From contig CM119268.1 in NCBI GenBank assembly GCA_051294375.1, forward strand, positions 19,120,323-19,184,322: a stretch of DNA of 64,000 nucleotides. Direction: 5' to 3'. This document shows positions 11,372 through 25,000 of the stretch, piece by piece (positions within the stretch are counted from its first letter, which is position 1; the number at the start of each line of letters is the position of its first letter). Below the pieces are notes generated by a model. The model was given only the letters and a program-made list of their open reading frames with translations. It was not told the origin of the DNA and made no database searches. Source of the DNA: Paraspadella gotoi (taxonomy: Eukaryota > Animalia > Chaetognatha). Both the position numbers and the translations under genes were made by a program.

Positions 11372-12359
11372 AGAGAGAAGAGAGAGAGAAGAGAGAGAGA
11401 GAGGAAGAGAGAGAGAGAGAGACGAGAGAGAGAGAGACCTGGCTCCAAGTAACGAGTGAGAACAAAAAACTCTGCAAAAGGTCAAAGTAACATAAGACCT
11501 CTCTGCTCTGAATGTGGGAGGAGAATTCCCCAAAAATTTGAACTCACGATATTCATCACTGAAAGAATGCGGAGTAGAAAGTTGTTTTCAAGTTGAAATG
11601 AATGTATTTTAAGGAAGCTTTAACAAATTAGACTTAACCTAGTCTATTCGCTATTTAGTCAACATTATTATTTGAAGACTAAGTGGGTCTCTCTAATTTA
11701 AACCCCCGTGTGACAACCGAGTTCAACTGTGAAACCTCACTCTCACATCGAATTCTTCACCTATCAAAAGAGAAAAAAAAGTTATAGCACTTTTCAACGC
11801 TCGTCAGCTGCAATAACGATTCACTCTTCGGGAAACGCAAATCCATTACATTATCTTTCCCTAGAAATCAGCGACCGCTTTCTCTGTATAAAGGTGGGAC
11901 AGGGCACGGATGGAGCTTTCGGGATGTTGAACATGATTTCGGATCGAATTTTCTCGTTTACAGTTGGCGCCGCTTTGATCGCACTCCAGTTAACGAATTA
12001 CTGACTCGTCTGAAAAATGTTAAATTTACGACTAAATCTATCGGAAATTTTTCGGTTTTCTTAAAACCAAATTGGCCATTTTTTTCCAAAAGAATCCCAT
12101 TTCAGCTTTAATTAAGATTCAAGATTCAACATTCAAGATTTAAGATCTGAGCTTAGGGTTTGGGGTTTGAGTTGGAATAACGAAATAGAAAAGAAACAAT
12201 CCTGGGCCTGAAAGATAAAAAGAAAACAAAGACTATCACAGCGCGATGATAACAATGATGGCAACGACGACGACGACGACGTCTAAGAATGACCAGTGGC
12301 CACGCGACCGGTTCCGCCTCCTATTATACGGACTTTGGCTTCAAAGCCGAACACTCTTT

Positions 12360-12492
12360 GCCCCGAAGGCTGAGTGCCTCAAAGGCTGAGTGCCTCAAAA
12401 GCTGAGTGCCCCGAAGGCTGCGTGCCTATCAGTCTGCGTGCCTGAAAGGCTGCGTGCCGAGAAGGCTGCGTGCGTCGATTGTCGCGGCTGCC
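12360..12492. repeat. GC-rich 16-bp tandem array (GCCnnnAAGGCTGmGT)n, probably a TE terminal subrepeat
   Basis: About seven visible units; no partner end was found in the window. Confidence 0.6.
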
Positions 12493-13103
12493 CCGTGCCA
12501 TCTGCTCCGCGACGAAGGGGGACGTGATTGACCTGAAATCGGCGAATCGAAGGGGGGGAGGGTAGGGGGGCGCCGGTCACGGGTGAGGGAGAGAAAGGGA
12601 TTGGGCGATGACGACGATGACAACGACGATGACGACGACCAAGATGACGATGAAGACGACGATCGAAATGTAAATGAAGATCGAGGACAAAGAAGCGATC
12701 AATATGAGGACCATCACAAATACAAATAGTGACGACGACGACGACGATAGTCATGATGGGTTTCAATGTCATTGATCAAATCGATCCGCTTGTGCGATTA
12801 TCACAATATATAGAGACATTTATTAAACTGGAACGTACATGAGGACCCCCCACTTAATGGATAACCGTGTCAACGAAAATGCCAAATGTTTATACCTCGA
12901 TTGCCATCGTCAATTTGCCTCATTGTAGAAGGAAACGTCCATCGTTCGATTGATGGCAAATTCGCAATCTTGTGTGCAATCGACTATGAGCAGCGCGATG
13001 AAAGTGAAGTTTTGATACTAAGTATAATTTATAGTTTACATTACATTTTTGTCATTTTCATGAAATAACGTGAGAAAATTTCCTCTTGTTGCGAACGTGG
13101 TAC

Positions 13104-13233
<130 letters not shown>

Positions 13234-13854
13234 GACAAGAGTGACAGGCTGTGGTGATGGGTCCCTGTAAGCTTTCAATCACTCACAGTCTTGTTAATTC
13301 ACACCTAGAGTACCTGGCTTCTCTATCAATGGAGTGGTACAATTTATTTAAAAGAATGTACAGTTTATTAAAAAATTTTGAATAATTTAAATATTTTGAA
13401 TAATTTAAATATTTTTAATAGGTTTAGCATAGAGAATAGTTTTATATAGATAATTTACTTATTTCCTAAATCGTCAAAATTGGACAAATATGGACAAGCA
13501 TCATAGCAGACATAATTTCAAAAGTTTCGCAGTCGTTAAAAAAACACAAAAAAAGTAAAAGAAAATAAAAACTTTTCTGTTTCCCTTTTTAATTATTATT
13601 TTTTTCTTTTAACAATAAAACATCCAAAAAGGGACCATGAGATTCTCCCAGACGCAAAACAGAAACGACTTTCAGTTTACGCTTTTTATTTTGGTAAAAG
13701 TGAAAAAAAATACTTAAAATTTATTTTTTTGTTTCTTTTTTTTTCGGACAAAACCTAAAGTCAACAAAATCTAAAAATCATCTTCAAATACTCGGAACGG
13801 GGAGATTTGGAGAGTGAGACAGGAGGGAGGGAGAGAGAGAGAAGAGGAGAGAGA

Positions 13855-13917
<63 letters not shown>

Positions 13918-13931
13918 AGAGAGAGAGAGAA

Positions 13932-14000
<69 letters not shown>

Positions 14001-14093
14001 TAGAGAGAGAGAGAGAATTTAGCGATGGAGTGAGTGGTGCTTTCCTAGCGCCCCCACGCAGCGGTGCTTTCGCCTCCAATCATCGGAAATACT

Positions 14094-14152
<59 letters not shown>

Positions 14153-14269
14153 TTCTCTTTTCTCTCTTCTCTTCTCTCTCTTTGTTTTTCTCATGAAACT
14201 TTATCCATCGTAACCTCGTCATCTGCATCTTCTCGCTTTTCAACGAGACGAGAAAGGCAAGACGTAGTC

Positions 14270-14960
14270 TCCACCTACCCTCTCTTTCTCCACTCTCTAT
14301 TCTCCACCGTGGCTTTCTCCACCCTCTCTTTTTCCACCGTTTCTTTCTCCTACCTCTCTTTCTCCACCCTTTCTTTCTCCGCCCTCTCTTTTTTTATCCT
14401 CTCTTTCTTCAGCCTCTCTTTCTCCACCCTCTCTTTCTCCATCTTCTTTTTCTCCACTCTCTCTTTTTCCACCCTTTCTTTCTCCATCCTAACTTTCCAG
14501 TATAAAAGGAGAAAGACCGACGCGGGTCTTTTACCCCCTCCTTATTTACCTCCTCCTCATCCTTCTCCAAGGATTTCGGGGCCATTCAGTTCACCTTCTC
14601 TCTCTTCTCCTACTAGTTTCTCCTATTTTTTTACCCTCATGATTTTGTCGTTGTATAGATTTTCCTGACGTCAATATATTATTTTCCCATATTCTCATGA
14701 CTTTACTTCCAGTTAGGATACCTTTTCAGAGTGACGCCCAATTGTGTTACTCGAACAACTTAGCTACTGAACCCCAAGGATGTGCTCCACTGACTGATTT
14801 AGAAAACCGAAGAAAACAAAAAATAAAAAGACTGCCCTATCTTTCTCCACACTCTCTTTCTCCCCCCTCTCCTTCTCCATCCTCTCTTTCTCCAGCTTCG
14901 CTTTCTCCACCCTCTCTTTCTCCATTCTCTCTTTCTCCACCCTCTCTTTCTTCGTCCTCC
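14270..14960 (+). repeat. Pyrimidine-rich 15-bp minisatellite (CTCTTTCTCCACCCT)n in two clusters
   Basis: Visible at 14270-14490 and 14840-14960; it produces low-complexity ORFs. Confidence 0.8.
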
Positions 14961-16230
14961 CTTTTTTCTTTCTTTCTTTTTCTGCTTCTTTTAATCTGAC
15001 CCAAAACTGCATTTACTCTTTTACTCATTTTATATTTTCCTATCTTATCGTTTCTCTCTCAGTTTTTCTCCATTCCCTAACGCAATCTTCCCCATTTTCA
15101 ATATCTCCATCTCTATCTCGCTCACCTAAATATTCTCCCCTCCCTCCAATTCGGTAGAGGATTGACAAGAGGGACACCCCTTCCCTTTGCTCAGAAAGAG
15201 AGGATAAAAAACAAGGAAATAAGGAAGAAAGGAATTAGGATAAAAGGGAAGGGAACAATGAAAGAAAAGGAAGATATGATAAGAAAGGGTTAAACACGCA
15301 GCTATATTAAAGAAAAACCACAATGTCAGAAGTCTAAATGCTCAATCTTTTTTTTTTAAATTAAACTGATTCTATTTCTGAAACAATCCAACTTTAAATT
15401 AATTAAGCCTTAAAGTTACACGCCCATGACATAATTCATCGATTGAACTGATTCTACTACTAAAACAACTATATTTGGCCTTAAACTCCCAAGATATAAT
15501 TTTCATATCGAATGTTTTTTTCTTTTCTTTTTTTTAGTTTCGAAAGATAAATTAGTTTCTCCGTTTCATATGACCTGAGAAAAATGTTTTTTGAAGAAGT
15601 AAAAAAATCAATTAAATTAACCAGACGTACAACCAACGGAGCAGTCGAAAAAGGCTCTGTATGATTTATATTTTCGAAGAAAAATAATTTTTATTTGAAA
15701 AAGAAAAAAAAATCACGGCGACGTTAATGTAAAGATATTCTGCTTACTCACCAACGTTTATGTATATATTATCGTTTGGATTTTATAAATGTGAAAACGA
15801 GTATTTTTTCTTAAAGCCCTTATCTCAAAGTACTACTATTGCTCAGATTAACTTAACGACCACATTTTTCAAAAAAGTTCCATTTCAGCTTAAATTCGGA
15901 GTAAAGTAATTTTTATGTGTTTGGTTATGAATTTGTTAAGTGATTCGGGTTAAATATTCGGGTTAAAATTGAATGGGACCGCTTTTCTAAAAATGGTGCC
16001 TTGATTTGATCATTATAAATTAGAAAATGGAATGATGCGCCTTTTATCCACTTTTATTTATTACTTATTAGTCTATTACTAAGACTTAAAACAAACCCGC
16101 GTGAATCAATGTTGAGTCATGCACCGTCATTGAAACGAGCCAACCACATTTGGTTTTCCCTTCCAAATCAAATTCTCGTTGCTTTTGTCTATTTTTAAAA
16201 TGACAAAAATAGTTAATGATACATCGGGGC

Positions 16231-16365
<135 letters not shown>

Positions 16366-17404
16366 TCGATTAATACACATTACGCAACCTTTTTTCACGC
16401 AGCGATTCTTCTTATTTGTCAAAGTCAATTAATTATGCGGAAAAGAAATTAAAGATTTTTTTTTTTTTAGAATGAATTATTAATAATCGATTAACATTAT
16501 TTTAGAAATCAATCGAGACATCGTTGTTTTCAAAAAAAAAAGGTAAACCGTGGGTCGGCAACGGGAGACTTTTTTAACACCCGGCCTTCCGTCCTCGCTA
16601 AACCCTTTCTTCTCCCTTTTCCGCTTTCGTCGTCGTCTTTCTTCTCCTCCTCTTCCTCCTCCTCCTCCTCCTCTTCCTCCTCCTCCTTCTATTCAGCCTC
16701 CCCCAAAAGTCCATCGAGGCTCAAAAAGCCGTCCAAGTTTTTTGGCAGACTCCTGAAAACCATGAGAGAGAGAAGTCAGGGGGAACACCCTTACTTCGAG
16801 CGTCGGGGAAAAGAAACGCGATGTGGACCACGGTTGTTTCTTGGCTTTTTCCGGAGGTGTCTTTACTTTTTACCCACTAAATTTAATTTCGATCACACCG
16901 TTAAAACAATTTTAACAGCTTGAATAATTAGATTATAAAAGTTTTATTTAACTATTTTTTGAATATATGCCGGTTAAAATCGATGTTCCGACACGGTTGA
17001 CTCACGTGGGAAGGAATCACGACGACGACGACGAGAACGAAGACGACGACGACGACGACGACGATCAGGGCTCCAACGAAGAGGAAATTCATTGTGTCAA
17101 CTCGAATATTCCTGCGATGGATCGATTTTTGGCGAACGAGTGTAAATAACTTTTTTCGAACATTTTATTTATTCGTCGGAATATTAAATAATACAACTCT
17201 TTTCTTTTCGCGAAACTAATTTTTTTTACCTCCAGATTTCCCTTCCAAAACCTTTTTACATTTTTTTTCAATTTCCAGCTTCGAGGAATATTTTTAATTT
17301 TTCTTTTTTTTTCTAACGACGAAAATTTGCCGCCAAAAAAAATTGTCGTCCGTTTTTCTTTCTCTCTCTCTCCTGCTATTTCTCATCTCTCTCGTGCATC
17401 TCTA

Positions 17405-17475
<71 letters not shown>

Positions 17476-17861
17476 TCTCTCTCTTTGTCTTTCTTTATAA
17501 GGAGAAAAAAAACATAAATATCCTTTTAAATTTCATGAGCAAAATTATTAATTATTCTTAGTTCTTCAAAATCTAATCGTTTTTACGAAAAAGGAAATTA
17601 ACGAACTGACCTAATAATTTCTTTCTTCTTCGACTCACCTTTGACCGATCAACTCGACCTTCGAATCCTTTCTATCGATACGATTCTTCCCCCCATCCTC
17701 GAAGAAAAGGTAAGGCTTTGTCCCGGATACATTGAACTCACCCAATTCCGCTGAAGACGACGACGACGACGACAACGACGTCGGTTGACGCCAAGATCAA
17801 TATAGGGTAAAAAGAGTCTAAGAGTAGAATGTTTGTTTACCCGAACTTACCCCAAGTAAAG

Positions 17862-17913
<52 letters not shown>

Positions 17914-19740
17914 CGCCTATTCAAATTTCTTTGTGTTGAGGAACCCGCAGGTTGAGAGGGTAAGGAAAGAGGCCAGAGGAAAGGAGCCCGAGGTAAGATG
18001 CCAATTGGGGAGAGGCCGGAAGGTTGAGGCAAGGGGATGTGTCGTGTGATTAGCTTTGAAGTCGTCGTTGTTATCTTTGAACATGGTATTTCTTTCTTTC
18101 TTCTCTGGAATAATTCCTCTTTATATAGAATAATATATGACTGTATTAATAAAAAAAGTCAATTACTTGATTGAAAATTGCTGGATTATGCTACTTTATT
18201 ATCTTTCACAGTCTGGCAGGAGGCAAGTATTTGTTCCAATTTCATTTTATGGTTTATGTCATCTTCGTTGTCATTGTACTCTGTTTTCCTTTTTTTGGTA
18301 CAACCAATATATAAATTATCCATTCATTCTATAAACAAACTTAATTGACTTAAGACCTCTGATCTTCTAAAAAGATAATAACATAGCAGAACTCGGCCAA
18401 CTTTCAATAAATATTACCTCATGGTCCAATTTATTAACCACCGGAGTAACTAGCCTCTCTATCAATGAAGTGGTATGATTTTTATATTTTCTAAAAAGAG
18501 CACTCCCCAAATAAACCAAAATACCCCAAATATTTACAGTCGTAAATGTCATTTCATGTTTCTCTTTTGATGAACTGTGATTGTGGTTTGTGAGGATTCT
18601 TTGACGTCGTGAAAAAAAAACGGAAGATCATTTCCGGGAAATACATTATATCGAGAGGTCCCATTTTTGAAGATGCGTCATGAATGGGTTTGGTTTCTCT
18701 GGGCCGCTTCTTCTTTATGGTCTGAATCTACAGGTGTCTCCCTCTTTCGTCATGCGATGACATGAAATTCAAAGTCGTCTTGTGGACCATTCTAGGATGT
18801 AGTATGTACATCCGGGACCAAACACGCCGAGTTTGTAAGCCGTTCCCTGAATTAAATTTTACATATTTCCTTGATAGGAAAGTCAAGTACACTGGGAGCT
18901 AATAATTTCGACTGCGATACTATGAAATGAAGGAGTCCTTAACCAATGGTAGTTTCTCCATTGTCTCAAGTGGCAAGATAACTTTCTTGATAAATAAATG
19001 AGGAATTTTTATATTGGTTGTTTAATAATGGCATAAAGAAATAAAGCATTCAATAAAAATGTACATACATTTTTCGTTTCTGAAATTCATTGCTGAAACA
19101 TCCTTGCAGTTCTTTCTCGCTCAAATTATGATTTCATTGGATTAAACAAAAACCGTAATAGGAGTGAATGTCCATCGGACATAAACGTACATTGGATGCA
19201 CGAGGCGACGTTAAAGTGTCTCATGAGAAAATAACACGTAATTTTTCAGAGAAACCGGAACCACACCTTTGGGTACGGTGTTAACGACGAAGACGACGAC
19301 GAAGACTACCAGGTCTCAAGCTTCTGATTTTTATTCGACTTAAATATATTTTTTAAAGAAAATCGTAGAATAACTGCATGCGATAGAAGAGAAAAAAAAT
19401 TAAAGAAATGATATATAAAAGAAAGGAAAAGAAAAGAAAAGAAAAGAAAAGAAAAGAAAAGAAAAGAAAAGAAAAGAAAAGAAAAGAAAAGAAAAGAAAA
19501 GAAAAGAAAAGAAAAGAGTTTGTCATTTTGCCAGTTGTCCCTTTGCCAGTTGTCCCTTTGCCAGTTGCCCCATTGCCAGTTGTACCTTTGCCCTCTTGCC
19601 ATATCGTGGATCGTGATTTTATTTTGGGTGACCAGATGGAGCGTTTAGGACGACGACAATAATGACGATGTTTGAAACAACTATTTTGACGACGACGATG
19701 GCGACGACGACGATGGCGACGACGACGATGGCGACGTTTG

Positions 19741-22013
19741 CGATTTCTGCAAACAATCGACTCCGATAGGAAATCCTCTTTGGAAGGATGAAAACAATAA
19801 CGACGAAAAAGACAAAATGAAAGACGACGACGACTAAAGAGACGACAAAGATCAGAAAAACGGGGATGATGACGACGACGACGACGACTAAGAAGATGAC
19901 AAAGATCAGAAAAACGGGGATGATGACGACGACGACGACCGCAATGACTAAAAAGACGACAAAGTCAAAAATGGGGATGATTGACGACGACTAAAAGACG
20001 ACAAAGATCAGAAAAAACGGGATGATGACGACGACGACCGACGACTAAGAAGATGACAAAGATCAGAAAAACGGGGATGATGACGACGACGACGACGACT
20101 AAGAAGATGACAAAGATCAGAAAAACGGGATGATACGACGTACGACGACGACTAAGAAGATGACAAAGATCAGAAAAACGGGGATGATGAGACGACGACG
20201 ACAGACTAAGAAGACGACAAAGATCAGAAAAATGGGGATGATGACGACGACTAAAAAGACGACAAAGATCAGAAAAACGGGGATGATGAAGACGACGACG
20301 ACGACGATGACTAAGAAGATGACAAAGATCAGAAAAACGGGGATGATGACGACGACGATGACAACTAAAAAGACGACAAAGATCAGAAAAACGAGGATGA
20401 TGATGATGACGACAACGATGACTAAGAAGACGACAAAGATCAGAAAAATGGGGATGATGACGATGATGACGACGACGACTAAGAAGACGACAAAGATCAG
20501 AAAAACGGGGATGATGACGACGATGACGACGACGACGACTAGAAGCGAACAAAGATCAGAAAAACGGGAGATGAGACGACGACGACGACGACTAAGAAGA
20601 CGACAAAGATCAAAACAGGGATGATGACGACGATGACGACGACGACTAAGAAGACGACAAAGATCAGAAAAAGCGGGATGACGACGATGACGACGAAAAT
20701 CTTTTCTTTCTTTTCGTCAATCGATCAACACGTCATTTATTTCGTCAAGATAAGTTAAAAATAAAGATAGTTAAAGATAAAAAAAACGATTATTTAATGG
20801 AATAATTAATGTAATAATTCAAGGGAGAATTTGAAAATTAGAGATCCCTGGAACTCTGGACGGTGACTAATCACCTGTTGTGTACCACGAATATAACGAC
20901 GAAGACGACGGCAGCGACATGGATGAACAACTGCGTAGATGATAACATCCTCTGAGATTTCAACAAATGGCGGAATGACCTCGATCAAAGAACATGTCAA
21001 CTCCGTCCTCTTCGTCCTTCTTGTCATCCTGCAATTCTCATTAGGGCCTGCTCTCTCGATTTCTGCAAAACAATCGACTCCGATAGGAAATCCTCTTTGG
21101 AAGGATGAAAACAATAACGACGAAAAAGACAAAATGAAAGACGACGACGACGATGACGACGACGACTAAAAAGACGACAAAGATCAGAAAAACGGGGATG
21201 ATGACGACGACGACGACGACTAAGAAGATGACAAAGATCAGAAAAATGGGGATGATGACGACGACTAAAAAGACGACAAAGATCAGAAAAACGGGGATGA
21301 GACGACGACGACGACGACGACGACTAAGAAGACGACAAAGATCAGAAAAACGGGGATGATGACGACGACGATGACAACTAAAAAGACGACAAAGATCAGA
21401 AAAACGAGGATGATGATGACGACGACAACGACGACTAAGAAGACGACAAAGATCAGAAAAATGGGGATGATGACGATGATGACGACGACGACTAAGAAGT
21501 CAACAAAGATCAGAAAAACGGGGATGATGACGACGATGACGACGACGACTAAGAAGACGACAAAGATCAGAAAAACGGGGATGACGACGACGACGACGAC
21601 GACTAAGAAGACGACAAAGATCAGAAAAACGGGGATGACGACGATGACAACGACGACGAAAATCTTTTCTTTCTTTTCGTCAATCGATCAACACGTCATT
21701 TATTTCGTCAAGATAAGTTAAAAATAAAGATAGTTAAAGATAAAAAAAAACGATTATTTAATGGAATAATTAATGTAATAATTCAAGGGAGAATTTGAAA
21801 ATTAGAGATCCCTGGAACTCTGGACGGTGACTAATCACCTGTTGTGTACCACGAATATAACGACGAAGACGACGGCAGCGACATGGATGAACAACTGCGT
21901 AGATGATAACATCCTCTGAGATTTCAACAAATGGCGGAATGACCTCGATCAAAGAACATGTCAACTCCGTCCTCTTCGTCCTTCTTGTCATCCTGCAATT
22001 CTCATTAGGGCCT

Positions 22014-22020
<7 letters not shown>
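19741..22020 (+). repeat. About 50-bp minisatellite (ACTAAGAAGACGACAAAGATCAGAAAAACGGGGATG + (ACG/ATG)n) within a tandemly duplicated block (19741-21058 and 21058-22020)
   Basis: Arrays at 19833-20697 and 21140-21660. The unique flanks 20697-21058 and 21660-22020 are near-identical and adjoin the gap at 22087. Confidence 0.9.
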
Positions 22021-22086
<66 letters not shown>

Positions 22087-25000
22087 NNNNNNNNNNNNNN
22101 NNNNNNNNNNNCTCTCTCGATCTCTCCTCTCTCTCCTCTCTCTCCTCTCTTCTCTCATCCTTCGCTGGGTCGCGGCTGATAAGGGACCACGAGGGTGCTT
22201 CTCTTTAGAAAGCTGGCGGAAGTAGTGCGTGGCAACACCAGTAGCACTAGTCTCACCTACGATAATTCACCCAGTAAGTTCTTTTTCCGGTGGATTCCGT
22301 AAGCCAGACTTTCTAACAGTTTTTGTTATTGACCGTACACAGCCTCATGTTTCATCTTCTCTCTTCAGTCGACTGAGCGGGAATGACAGCGTCCAATGAC
22401 AGAATTCTTGTGGATCTGTACGGTAGCGTTCGGTGGCCCGCTCTCTCCACACTCCTTCATACCCTGTACGAATTTCTGATCTCAGCGCAAATGGCGTCTG
22501 CTCCTCTTGTGCTCATGGACTTCCTTAAATATTTGAGCACACATATTACGAACTACATCTAATACATGGTCGTGCGCGCTATCCGCGATTTCTCACTTTG
22601 ATGCGGGAAATAATGATAAATTAATGAGCAACGGTGTATGATAATTCGAGAGAGAAAAGCTTTAAAAAAACTTTCTGTAAAAGGAAGAAAATTCTGATAA
22701 TGTGGAAAAAAAATTTAATCAATTTTTCCCGAAGAATATCTGTTTAATTATGAAAGGAAAAGACTGAAACGATAATTCTTATACATAATCGCCTATACTG
22801 TCACTTTGGTATGGATGTTGCAGTCACTCTTACACTACACGTGCCAATAACAATAAATGAAACACGGGCTACAGAGAGTGAACAAAATATACATCACAGA
22901 TTTCGTGTGTTGCTTATAATAATTCAAGTAATTGGCCTATAAAGGTTTTGCCGTGAGAGCATTGAGCGAATTAATATTGTATATCTTACCCGACTCTCTT
23001 CTCAGTTTTGTTGGCTTTTCTTCTGGGTCTGTTGTAAATGTTTACGAGTATTTGGTAGTTTAGTATATCAAAAATTTTCTGTCGTGAAATAGTAAAGATC
23101 TCGTTATTCACTTTTGTGCGTGTATAATAATATAGTTTGCAAAGCGCGCTGTTGTGGCCAACGAGAGCCGAGCATATATGTATAACTATGTCTGCTTACA
23201 CATTACAGTCGTTAACTTTGTCTCTGTGTTTTCTTGATTATAGATTTTGTTGTGCCTCCAATGTTGCAGCTATGTAAATTATTAAAAGAGTATTTTAAAT
23301 CTCGCGCCTCTTAGTTAGTAGTATGATATTTATCGCCTGTGTATATCTCGCCACGCATCTCTGAGTATGCGCGGTCAAAATGTAACACTATCTGTAAAAA
23401 GAAACCAGATGAGCAACGTCAATACGACTAGATCGATCAACTTCTTCATATGAGATACAAAAATCAGATAATAGCTTAAACTATAATCTTAATAATTCCA
23501 GATAGAAGTCACGTTGCCGAGACCGACCTTAAAGGAGGCCCTATAAGGTCTCTGGAGACCACGATTTGGCTCCATAACCAAATATTGACAGGTTATCATT
23601 TGTAGTACCGAGATTATATAATGTTTACTAAAAGAACACTCAACCTTGTAAAATTCATATCAGATAACGCTAATTGTACATGATTGCACACAACAGGAGA
23701 GAACTAAAGTGACTATCTCGACCAACATCTATGAGAGATATAGCAAAATTATAGTAATGGGGATTTTACGAGTTGTATTAAAGTATAGAAGTACAGTATG
23801 TTCTTGTCAGATATACGGATATAGGGAATTTAATCTCTCGATAGCACGAGAAAATAGTATTTATTTTAAATTCATGTTGAATGACATTTCATAGGAAATA
23901 TCTGTTGGCATTAATTTTAGTTGTGGAAATTCTATTAAACTGTGAGGAGTGAGATTTGCTCATACTCCTGTAACGATCACCAATGGAAATTCCTTCACAT
24001 AGATATTGATAGATATTTTGTAGAATATGCTCACTCTTTCTTAGTCACTCCAGGTCCCAATTACATTTGGTGCGTACACTCTGAGACTTAAGAAGAGTAA
24101 GAAATAATTTTGGTGAAAAATGTCTACACACGAGATTAAGACTGTATATAATCTATGGAGAGTCTATAGAAATAAAGAATGACAAAATCCAATCTCAATG
24201 AAAATATTTCTTGAGTTTAAGAGCTGTCGCATTATTAATTTTTTTCTTTGTAATCGACAAGTGTTCGATGATGGTTTTTACCCTGCGCCTTTTTTTACCT
24301 TGGAGGTAAACCAGACAGAAAAATTGGAAAATACGTCGAACATATGTCGGTATTCAAAAAAATGTGGGATGAAATTGAATCATTTAATTCTTTGCCGAAG
24401 TATTTTTTTTCTTTTGGCTAAAACTCAAATCCTCATTTTCCATCGATTCTAATCGGAGAAAATTAGGCCTCTTTTTTTTCTCGTTCGGTCACTTGCTACT
24501 AAGCATTGACCGTCTCCTCTGGGGGAGTTTGATAACCTGGTGTGGAGGCTTACTGTTCAAATTCACAGCCCGAACATAAATCATTTGGTTGGGGGGACCA
24601 CTCTATTATGTTATAATACCGGGCACTACACAATGTATATTGGAGACTAGAGCACATCCTATTATTTCAATTGGTGTGTCGCACCTTCCTGGTATATCCT
24701 ATTGATGTCTACTTATAATTAATTTTTCTGTATCTGTATTTTTTTTTTCATAATTGTCGTTATACTACATATGGCTACAAATCGAGTATTTGAGTCAATT
24801 AGTGAACTCAATTACGATACAACTAGCATTGTCATGTTGTGTGTAGCTAATTTGTGCATTTCTCAAAAAGACAAGTTAGATTATTCGCATAAACTATACT
24901 CGTCAGAAGCGGGCTGCGCGCGTATTCTTCTCTGTGAATATGTGCGGTCGAAGGAGCGTATAAGAATTTGATATCAATGCCTAACTCTCTGCTCCTTCTC

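Noticed and set aside
11730-12010. Exon-like higher-complexity block
   Set aside because: No recognisable motif or consistent open frame between splice sites.
13771-15028. Long ORFs rich in ER, SL or FS repeats, here and at other (AG)n tracts
   Set aside because: They are translations of microsatellites and 15-bp repeats.
18560-19300. Possible minus-strand exons
   Set aside because: All frames are interrupted and no family motif was recognised.
19833-21660. CRISPR-like repeat-spacer array
   Set aside because: The spacers are only (ACG/ATG)n length variants, the context is eukaryotic and there are no cas genes.
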